Shown in pieces: positions 28,764 to 36,858 of a stretch of 64,000 bases of DNA (positions are counted from its first letter, which is position 1; every line of letters begins with the position of its first letter). The notes beneath the pieces were generated by a model that searched no databases, was not told the DNA's origin, and was given only the letters and a program-made list of their open reading frames with translations. The position numbers and the translations under genes are program-made. The DNA comes from Dehalococcoidia bacterium. GTDB taxonomy: Bacteria > Chloroflexota > Dehalococcoidia > Lucifugimonadales > UBA3495. Where the stretch lies: NCBI GenBank assembly GCA_965204865.1, contig OZ242027.1, positions 3,011,986-3,075,985 of the forward strand, given 5' to 3'.

Positions 28764-28800
28764 CTGTGCCACCTCTTCACGAAACACGGGGTGATTCAAT

Positions 28801-28839
28801 AGGAAAACCCCCTCCTCTCCACTTTAACAAAGGAGGGGG
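28801..28839 (-). terminator. Rho-independent terminator of the GMC oxidoreductase gene
   Basis: On the minus strand: CCCCCTCC-loop-GGAGGGGG followed by TTTTCC. Confidence 0.7.
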
Positions 28840-28918
28840 CCATGCAACAGGGGCAATTTCGTAATGCGGCCACCGTCGCACCATAATCCGGCGCAATAGT
28901 GAGCGAGAACTGCGACTT

Positions 28919-30463
28919 CTACCCGCCCTTGATGATGTCCGACATCCGCTCGGCAATCATTATGGTGGTGCAGTTGGTGTTGGCGCGGATGCAGTCGGGC
29001 ATTACCGAGGCGTCAATGACACGCAGGTTTTCCAAGCCCTTGACCCGGCACTGTTGGTCAACGACGGCCATGGGGTCGCTGTCCGGCCCCATCTTGCAGG
29101 TGCCGGAGATGTGCTGCGAAGTGGTGACGTTGCGCATCAGCCAGTTGTCCAGCGCCTCGTCCGACTCCAGGTCGGAAGGCAGTGGCTCGAGCAGCCCCTT
29201 CACGATGTCGGCGTAGTCGGGGTGGTCGAGGAAGCCCACGCAGAGCCGCACGGCCTCGCGCATCCGGGCTAGGTCGCGGGGGTCGTCGGCGAAGTAGTTG
29301 TAGTTCAGCTCCGGCTGCACGTTGGGATCAGTAGACGTGATGGTCAGGTGGCCCTTGCCGTAGGCCAGCTCCAGGATGCAGGTGAAGCGGATGCCCTCGG
29401 CCTCCAGCGGGTCGCCGGAGATGGGCGACGAGAAGGACGACGCCATAATCTGGATGTCGTTGCGCAACTCGGAGCCAGTGGCGGTGTAGCGCAGCGCCAC
29501 CTGGGTGCGCGGGTCCTGCGGGTTCAGAGGGAAGTCCTCCTTAACCTCGATGGGCACGCGGATGTTGGGATGGTCGCGCAGGTTCTGGCCGATGCCGGGG
29601 GTGTCCTGCACCACCGGGATGCCGAACTTTTCCAGCGTGGCCGCCGGGCCGACCCCGGACAGCATCAGTATTTGCGGCGAGGCGATGGCCCCGGAGCAGA
29701 GGATGATTTCCTCGCCCTCGACGGTGAACCGCTCGCCGCCGCTCTCCACCTCGGCCCCAATGGCCTTTTTGCCGTCGAACAGCACGCGGTGAACGGTGAC
29801 GTTGGCCTTGACCGTCAGGTTCAGGCGGTGGCGGGCGGCGCCAAGGAAGGTCAGGGAGGTGCTCATCCGCACGCCGTTGGGGTTGTTCATCGGGATGGGG
29901 CCGACTCCGCCCGATTCAGGGTGATTCATGTCCGGGTCATCGGGGAATCCTGCGGTGCGGGCGGCGTTGTAGAACGCCTGCTGCGCCGGCAGCCAAGTCT
30001 CCCGCGCGAAGCGGCGCACCGGGATGAAGCCGTCGGAGTTATGAAAGTCGTCGGCCCCGAAGTCCATGTCGCTTTCCAGCTTGCGCAGGTAGGGCAGGAC
30101 GCTGGTGAAGCCCCACTGGTCGTTGCCCAGGGCGGCCCAGGCGTCGTAATCCTCGGGCACGCCGCGCAACAGCACCTGGCCGTTGATGGCGCTGGAGCCA
30201 CCCACCACCCGGCCCCGCGGCACCGGCATCGGCTCGGTCTGCAACGGCGTGGTGTTGCCCTGGAAGGACCAGTTGTGTGGCGCGTCAATGGCCGATGCGG
30301 TCTGGTCATAGCCAAACTTCAGGTCGTCGGGGTAGGTCTCGAAGTCCGGGTAGTCCGGCCCGGCCTCCAGCAGCAGGACGGACTTGGAGGGATCTTCCGA
30401 CAACCGGCTGGCCATAGTGCAGCCGGCGGAGCCTGCGCCGAGGATGATGTAGTCGTATTTCAT
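28919..30463 (-). CDS. GMC-family FAD oxidoreductase (choline dehydrogenase-like), paralog 1
   Basis: MKYDYIILGAGSAG Rossmann motif, GGSSAINGQV, and a C-terminal GMC signature region. Confidence 0.85.
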   Translation of the reverse strand: MKYDYIILGAGSAGCTMASRLSEDPSKSVLLLEAGPDYPDFETYPDDLKFGYDQTASAIDAPHNWSFQGNTTPLQTEPMPVPRGRVVGGSSAINGQVLLRGVPEDYDAWAALGNDQWGFTSVLPYLRKLESDMDFGADDFHNSDGFIPVRRFARETWLPAQQAFYNAARTAGFPDDPDMNHPESGGVGPIPMNNPNGVRMSTSLTFLGAARHRLNLTVKANVTVHRVLFDGKKAIGAEVESGGERFTVEGEEIILCSGAIASPQILMLSGVGPAATLEKFGIPVVQDTPGIGQNLRDHPNIRVPIEVKEDFPLNPQDPRTQVALRYTATGSELRNDIQIMASSFSSPISGDPLEAEGIRFTCILELAYGKGHLTITSTDPNVQPELNYNYFADDPRDLARMREAVRLCVGFLDHPDYADIVKGLLEPLPSDLESDEALDNWLMRNVTTSQHISGTCKMGPDSDPMAVVDQQCRVKGLENLRVIDASVMPDCIRANTNCTTIMIAERMSDIIKGG

Positions 30464-30484
30464 GCTTGTCTCCTTTTGTTAATG

Positions 30485-30520
30485 CTCCCTCTCCCTTTGG
30501 GAGAGGGTTGGGGTGAGGGC
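30485..30520. repeat. Module B repeat
   Basis: CTCCCTCTCCCTTTGGGAGAGGGTTGGGGTGAGGGC. Confidence 0.85.
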
Positions 30521-30525
30521 GTCCC

Positions 30526-31236
30526 CTAACCCTTCAGGTGAGCGTTGAAGAACTCTATCGTCCGGGGCCAGGACGCTTCCGACGCTTCCTGCTGGTGGCG
30601 CAGCCCGGTGTAGTCCATGAAGGCGTGATCGGCCCCCGGATAGGTGTGGAATTCATGCGCCACACCCAATCGGCCTAGCTCGGCGTCCAGCTTGTCCCGG
30701 TCCTCGAGGGACGGGTTCTCGTCTATTTCGCCAAAGTGGAACAGCACCGGGCACTGGATGCCGGAGGCCAGCTCGAAGGGCGTCTGCTCCCCGGCGCCCC
30801 AGGTGACGAAGATGTTGCCACCGTAGTAGGGGGCGCAGGCGCGGATGTGGCGGTTGGTGGCCGCGCCCAGCCAGGCGACCCGCCCGCCCATGCAGAAGCC
30901 AGTGATGCCGATGCGCTCGCCCTGAATGGCCGGATGGGCCCGCAGCCAGTCCACCGTGGCCCCGATGTCCGCCACTATATCCGGGTCGCTCATGTGCTGG
31001 ATGCGGCCGGTGCGATTGTCCAGTTGCTCCTCGGTGAAACGGTGGAACAGGTTGGGCGCGACGGCGGCAAACCCGGCCTCGGCCAGCTTGTCGGCCATGT
31101 CGCGGATGAACTGGTCCACGCCGCCGCCGTGCTGGCTGACGATGACCGCCGGGAACGGGCCGCCCCCGCTGGGCACGCTGGCGTAGACGTGCATATCGAG
31201 TCCGCCCACGGGTATTGTTTCCCAGAATGAAGCCAT
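30526..31236 (-). CDS. Dienelactone hydrolase-family protein
   Basis: 236 aa. GITGFCMGG nucleophile-elbow variant typical of the DLH family. SD GGAGGG. Confidence 0.8.
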   Translation of the reverse strand: MASFWETIPVGGLDMHVYASVPSGGGPFPAVIVSQHGGGVDQFIRDMADKLAEAGFAAVAPNLFHRFTEEQLDNRTGRIQHMSDPDIVADIGATVDWLRAHPAIQGERIGITGFCMGGRVAWLGAATNRHIRACAPYYGGNIFVTWGAGEQTPFELASGIQCPVLFHFGEIDENPSLEDRDKLDAELGRLGVAHEFHTYPGADHAFMDYTGLRHQQEASEASWPRTIEFFNAHLKG

Positions 31237-31435
31237 CTCTTCCCTCCGTCAGATGGTATAGCTAATCTGGCGCATTATCTCCCAGCTACGAGATTACGCT
31301 GTCTGTGATGATGTGCTATCCGCGCATTTGCGACAGATTATAGCCCAGCAGAGCGTTGTCAACAAAACGCAGCATCTGCCGTTTCACGCTCTCACGTGGT
31401 AGGATACCGCCAACACTCGAATGGAGGTAAGCGGT

Positions 31436-32203
31436 ATGGCCATGGACGTTCAGGTCTATACCCAGCCTGGTTGATTCAGTTGCCGGACTCTGGAAGAGTT
31501 CCTAAAGTCCAACGGCGTTCCTTACGAACATCACGACCTGCTCAGCGAACCCGCCGCGGTGGAGCATCTGCGCAGCCGGGGCATCAAGTCGCTGCCAGTC
31601 ACCATCATTGATGACACCGAGATCATCATCGGCTATTACCCCAAGAAGCTGATACCGGCTCTGAAGCTGGACGTGTCCGTTGACCTGTCGGGCAAGACCG
31701 CGTGGCTGGCCGAGAAGTACGACGCCATAATGAGCGCGGCGGTACGGGCCAACAACCAGTTCAGCCAGGAACAACTCGACGCCATCGTGCCGTGGCGGCC
31801 TTGGAGTCTGCGTGACACGGTGGTTCACATCCTGGCCTTCCCGGAGATCGCCTACCTGTCCCACGAGGTGGGCAGCATGAGCTGGGACGATATGCAAGCC
31901 CAGGACAAGCGGCTGGAGGGCGTCACCACCGCGCCGCAGATTGCCGAGTACGGCCTACAGGTTCGGGACGACATCATCGCCTTCCTGGACAGCGGCAACA
32001 CCGAGGGCTTCGAGCGCGTGGTGCCGGCCCACTACGGCGGCGAGGTCACGGTGCTAGAACTGCTCAACATCGTGCTGAGCCACAGCACCCACCACCTCAA
32101 GCAGGTCTACCACTACATGACCACTGACCTGGGCATGACCCCGGACAACCCGGCCACCGACGCCGACCTGGAAGGCATCCAGACGCCGGACGCGCTGATT
32201 TAG
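31436..32203 (+). CDS. Glutaredoxin/NrdH-like domain fused to a DinB-family domain, with an in-frame TGA (putative selenocysteine) in the redox motif
   Basis: ATG 31436 lies 8 nt after GGAGG, in the same frame as listed ORF 31559..32203. The only interruption is TGA 31472-31474: MAMDVQVYTQPG-[TGA]-FSCRTLEEFLKSNGVPYEHHDL.... The C-terminal part has DinB-type His residues (HILAF, HSTHH). Confidence 0.65.
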
Positions 32204-32254
32204 GCTTAACCGCAGAGAACGCAGAGGGCAAGGAGCATTTGGGGAGGTAAAGCG

Positions 32255-32452
32255 ATGGCAAAAGTCGGCAAGGAGGTTCTGGTAGCGGTTCAGGACGCTT
32301 TGGAACAGTACGAGCAAGAGGTTCAAGATGCCGAGGAATCCGGCTTTTTAACGGAGCAGACCAAGAAAACTTACCTGCTCCACGCCAAGCACTTCGTCCG
32401 CTGGCTCGACGACGACTTCGAACCCGGCGGACGGGGAAAAAACAACAGATAA
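32255..32452 (+). CDS. Hypothetical small protein (65 aa)
   Basis: SD GGGGAGG. Flanked by inverted module E repeats. Confidence 0.4.
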   Translation: MAKVGKEVLVAVQDALEQYEQEVQDAEESGFLTEQTKKTYLLHAKHFVRWLDDDFEPGGRGKNNR

Positions 32453-32510
32453 TAATCTCCGTGTTCTCTGTGCGCTCTGTGTTGAATCCGTCTCCTGTAA
32501 GGAGGGAAAT

Positions 32511-34058
32511 ATGAAGTATGACTACATCGTGATTGGCGCCGGTTCCGCCGGCTCAATCATCGCCACGCGGCTGACCGAGGACCCCAATGTCTCGGTGCTG
32601 CTGCTGGAGGCTGGGCCGGACTACCCCGACTTCGAGCGGCTGCCCGAAGAGGTCAAGTTCGGCTACTCCACCGAAATAGACATCATGGTCAGCGACCATA
32701 ACTGGCAGTTCATCGGCAAGGCGACGGAGAGCGCCCCGCCGATGATGGTGCCGCGCGGCAAGGTCACCGGCGGCTCCAGCGCCATCAACGGCCAAGTGTT
32801 CCTGCGCGGCGTGCCCGAGGACTACGATTCCTGGGCGGAGATGGGCAACGACGAGTGGAAGTACACCGACTGCCTGCCCTACTTCCGTAAGCTGGAGACC
32901 GACAGCGACTTCTCCGACGACTTCCACGGCACCGACGGCCCCATCGTGTGCCACCGATTCAAGCCGGAGACTTGGCACCCGGCGCAGACGGCCTTCTACC
33001 AAGCCTGCCGCGAGGCCGGGTTCCCGGACAGCCCAGACCACAACAACCCGGAATCTACCGGCGTCGGCCCCACGCCCTTCAACAACCCCGGCGGCGTACG
33101 CATGAGCACCGCCCTGGGCTATCTGGATCAGACGCGCCATCGTCTCAACCTAACCATCCGAGCCAATTGCCACGTGCAGAAGATTCTGTTCGAGGGCAAC
33201 CGGGCCGTCGGCGCGTGGGTAGAGAGCGGGGGCGAGGTCTTTACCGTCGAGGGCAACGAGATAATCCTCAGCTCCGGCGCCATCGGCTCGCCGCATATCC
33301 TCCTGCTGTCGGGCGTCGGCCCGGCGGCGCACCTGCAAGAGCATGGCATCCCGGTGGTGGCCGACCTGCCCGGCGTGGGCCAGAATATGCGCGATCATCC
33401 CTTGGTCTGGGTGACCTGGCGCACCAGGCCGGAGGTGCCGCTGGACGGCCTGGCTCCCCGGATGCAGGTGACGCTGCGCTACACCGCCGACGGCTCGCCC
33501 CTGCGCAACGACATGAAGATGTCCATGCAGTCCTTCGCCACCGAGCGCATCAATCGGGGCGGCGACCGGATGGAGCCGGTGGGCATCCGCCTGACCAGCG
33601 GCATCCAGCTCGCGGCGGGCGCGGGCGAACTGCGGCTCAACTCTGCCGACCCTTCGCAGCAGCCATTCCTCGACTACCGCTACTTGGAAGACCCCTTCGA
33701 CCTGGAGCGGCTGCGGGAGACGGTGCGCCTCTGCGTCAAGCTGGGCGAGAGCGACGCCTTCAAGGACATCATCCAGGAGCGCATCGAACCCACCGACGAC
33801 GAACTGGCGACGGACGAGGCCTTGGACGAGTACCTGTTCCGCGAGGTGACCACCTCGCAGCACATATCCTGCACCGCCAAGATGGGATCGGCCGACGACC
33901 CCATGGCCGTGGTCAGCCAGTACGGCAAGGTGCACGGGCTGGAGGGCCTGCGGGTGGCCGACGCCTCCATAATGCCCGACTGCATCCGCGCCAACACCAA
34001 CGTGACCACGATGATGATCGGCGAGCGGGTGGCGGAGTTCATCAAGGCGGGGAAGTAG
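32511..34058 (+). CDS. GMC-family FAD oxidoreductase, paralog 2
   Basis: MKYDYIVIGAGSAG start. Collinear similarity to 28919..30463 along the full length. Confidence 0.85.
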   Translation: MKYDYIVIGAGSAGSIIATRLTEDPNVSVLLLEAGPDYPDFERLPEEVKFGYSTEIDIMVSDHNWQFIGKATESAPPMMVPRGKVTGGSSAINGQVFLRGVPEDYDSWAEMGNDEWKYTDCLPYFRKLETDSDFSDDFHGTDGPIVCHRFKPETWHPAQTAFYQACREAGFPDSPDHNNPESTGVGPTPFNNPGGVRMSTALGYLDQTRHRLNLTIRANCHVQKILFEGNRAVGAWVESGGEVFTVEGNEIILSSGAIGSPHILLLSGVGPAAHLQEHGIPVVADLPGVGQNMRDHPLVWVTWRTRPEVPLDGLAPRMQVTLRYTADGSPLRNDMKMSMQSFATERINRGGDRMEPVGIRLTSGIQLAAGAGELRLNSADPSQQPFLDYRYLEDPFDLERLRETVRLCVKLGESDAFKDIIQERIEPTDDELATDEALDEYLFREVTTSQHISCTAKMGSADDPMAVVSQYGKVHGLEGLRVADASIMPDCIRANTNVTTMMIGERVAEFIKAGK

Positions 34059-34327
34059 GGGGAGGGCTATTGTCTCCCCCATTTTCATAGGTAAACACAC
34101 CGGAAAGGGAGTCGGCAATGTCTCTATTTCTGATTTCGGCTATGGGGTTTCTGTATCACAGGCTGTTGAGGAGGCGTACTTCCCCTCCGCCTTCGTACTG
34201 CCGCCACTACCTGACCCATCAGCCGGTAAAGATGGTGGACTAACAGGTTTCCCAAGAGGCACTGCCAAGCACACTAAGGCCGCGGACCTTTCGCCCCGTG
34301 GCCTTACGTTTTCTGCCTGATCCGCTG

Positions 34328-34879
34328 TCAGGTTCGTGGCGTCATCAGCCAGTCCTGGCTCTTGGCATCCTCGCTCATCCACTGGGAGTAGGATTCCTGG
34401 CGGCCCGCAGGCGGCTCCACGCCGAGGCTGTCGGCGAGGCGGGTCATGAAGTTGAAGTTGCAGGTTATCAGTACGGTGGACAGTATCTGCTCATCGCTGA
34501 GTCCGTGGTTTCGCAGCCGCTGCACGTCGGACTGGGTCATGGCGGCGGGCGTGCGCGTCAGCTTGGCGGCGAAGTCCAACATCGCGCGGGTCTGAGGGTC
34601 GAGTTCGGCTTGGGTGTAGTCGTGCATCATATGGCTGGCCAGTTCCGGGTTGTCCGAATGGTCACGGAGGAACCCCCCGTGAGCCATGGTTCAATAGCGG
34701 CAGTGGTTGGTGGCCGAAACCACAGTGGCAATGGCTTCCTCCTGCACCCTGGTCAGGGCGGATGCGCCGAAGGTGACCGCCATGTTCAGCCGCTGCACAG
34801 CCTCCATCGCCTGGGGCTGAATCGACATTATCTTGATGACTTCCGGCAGATTGACTTCTTCTTCACGAATCCAGGCCAT
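34328..34879 (-). CDS. AhpD-family peroxidase-related protein with an in-frame TGA (putative selenocysteine)
   Basis: Listed ORFs 34691..34879 and 34328..34687 share one frame, separated only by TGA 34691-34693. The read-through gives ...VVSATNHCRY-[TGA]-TMAHGGFL..., matching CxYCxxxH with the second Cys replaced. Confidence 0.7.
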
Positions 34880-34954
34880 TGAATTACTCCTGAATTAGAC
34901 CGCGCCATTCCAATTACGCGGCTATACTTCTTCACTACTCCGCCAGACGAAGGT

Positions 34955-35830
34955 CTACGCCCGCCCGAACCAGTCGGGGTGCACCGCCTGCAACCCCAGT
35001 TGCGGCCACGCTGCCGGGGCGCTGCACTTCTCCAGCCGTTCATCGAGGGGCAGCGAGTCGTCCCAGTAGTAAGCGATGATGCGGCGGCCGTTCCAGTGGC
35101 TGGCGTCGTCTGAGGCTATCCAGACCGCCGGCGACTGCATCGCCTCGGGCTGGATTAGCGCATCAGTGGACGCGCCTTCGGGCGGTATCACCATGTTGGT
35201 GGCGGTGGCCCCGCCGGGGGTAAGCACGTTGGCGGTGACGCCGGTGCCTTCAAGGTCCTGGGCCATGATGGCCACCAGCGCTTCGTGCCCCGCCTTGGAC
35301 GGGCCGTAGGGCGCGCCGCCCTTGCGCCACATGGTGTCCATGCTGGTGGTCACGCCGATGATGCGCCCGAATCCCTGCTCGATCATGTGAGGCGCGACGG
35401 CGTGGGACATCAGGAACGGGCCGCTGAGGTTGACGCTGATAACTCGCAGCCAGGCATCGGCGGGCAAGGTCCAGAAGTCGTTCTGGCTTCCGGCGGCCCG
35501 CGCTCCGAACCCTCCGGTGCGGGCGTTAATGCCGGCGTTGTTGACCAGTATATGCAGCCCGCCCATTTCGTTGATGGTGCGCTGCACTGCGCTCTCCACC
35601 GACTCCGGGTCGGTGACGTCGGCTACAATGGGCAGTACTGCGTCATCGCCGCCTATCTCGCGCATATCGTTGGCGGACTGGTCCAGCCAGTCCTCATTGA
35701 CGTCCAGCATCGCCACTCTTGCCCCGGCACGCACCAGACCGGTAGTGATGGAGCGGCCCATGCCGATGGGGCTGGCTGCCCCGGTGACGATGGCGATTCT
35801 GCCTTCCAGCGTGTTGGATTGGGTGGTCAT
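34955..35830 (-). CDS. Short-chain dehydrogenase/reductase (SDR)
   Basis: IAIVTGAASPIGMG cofactor motif, NNAG, and the YGPSK catalytic Y-x3-K. Confidence 0.85.
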   Translation of the reverse strand: MTTQSNTLEGRIAIVTGAASPIGMGRSITTGLVRAGARVAMLDVNEDWLDQSANDMREIGGDDAVLPIVADVTDPESVESAVQRTINEMGGLHILVNNAGINARTGGFGARAAGSQNDFWTLPADAWLRVISVNLSGPFLMSHAVAPHMIEQGFGRIIGVTTSMDTMWRKGGAPYGPSKAGHEALVAIMAQDLEGTGVTANVLTPGGATATNMVIPPEGASTDALIQPEAMQSPAVWIASDDASHWNGRRIIAYYWDDSLPLDERLEKCSAPAAWPQLGLQAVHPDWFGRA

Positions 35831-35867
35831 TTCATTCCTCGACTAGAAAATGGTCACGGGGCCTCGA

Positions 35868-36797
35868 CTAGAAAATAGCCAGGGGGTTCACGGGGGAGCC
35901 GGTAGCGTTCTTGAAGCGTAGCGGGGCGACGTTGAACATGAACTCGTATCGGCCCAGCCTTTCGCAGACTGCCGCCAGCTCCTCGCAGTTGCCGGCGTCA
36001 ATGAGCCACAAGCCCATGCCGACGATGCCGACCTTGTGGACGGGCAGGCCGATGCCGGGGTAGCCGCTGGGTTCGGCGTCCTGGGAGGCGTCGCCGCCCA
36101 CCAAGGCCACGCCGCGCTCCTTGAGCCACGGCAGCGTCTCGGCATGCAGGCCCGGGCGTCCGGCGGCGGGCGGGCCCAGCTCCAGGCGCCGCTTGTACCA
36201 GCCGAGGCGCAGTATCAGCGCGTCGCCTTCCTCGACCCGCACTCCCTGGGCCTCCTCGGCAGCTTCCAGATCGTCGGTGAACACGAACTCGCCCGCCTCG
36301 AGCCACGGCTTACCCTTGACCTTGGTGATGTCCAGCATGACACCCCGGGTAACCACGCCGTTCTGTACCTTGTCTATGTCGAGGCTGTTGGCCTTGGTCT
36401 CAGAGTTGACGTCCGACGCAGGGAAGCCATTGTACATCCTGCCGTTCCAAACTTGGTGGCAAAGGCTGTCCAGGTGGGTGATGGTCAACCCGTGGAAGGA
36501 GAAGCCGATGAAGTCGGACGTGCCGCCAGGCCCTTCGTCGGGGCAACTGTCGCCGGCCCGCAGCATATAATGCAGCGGCGGGATGGAGGTGACGTCGGCG
36601 GCGCCTTCCGGCACGATTAGCCGGGAGCAGGTGACGCTGATGCCCTCTCTGACCAGGGCGGCGGCCTGGGCCCGCTTGGCGTCGGTAATCAGGTTGACGG
36701 TGCCCAATTGGTCGTCGTCACCCCACCGCCCCCAGTTGCTTAGGGTATCCATCCACTCGAGGACCTGTTCCTCGGAAGGAATCTGTCTCGTGGTCAT
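35868..36797 (-). CDS. Cyclase-family protein (kynurenine formamidase-like fold)
   Basis: 309 aa. GTVNLIT...HLDSLCH patterns of the putative cyclase family. Confidence 0.65.
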   Translation of the reverse strand: MTTRQIPSEEQVLEWMDTLSNWGRWGDDDQLGTVNLITDAKRAQAAALVREGISVTCSRLIVPEGAADVTSIPPLHYMLRAGDSCPDEGPGGTSDFIGFSFHGLTITHLDSLCHQVWNGRMYNGFPASDVNSETKANSLDIDKVQNGVVTRGVMLDITKVKGKPWLEAGEFVFTDDLEAAEEAQGVRVEEGDALILRLGWYKRRLELGPPAAGRPGLHAETLPWLKERGVALVGGDASQDAEPSGYPGIGLPVHKVGIVGMGLWLIDAGNCEELAAVCERLGRYEFMFNVAPLRFKNATGSPVNPLAIF

Positions 36798-36858
36798 GCC
36801 GAGCCTCCTGTACCGTTTGGCGTAGGGTAAGTCTCAATTGGCTCATGGTCAATTCCGG

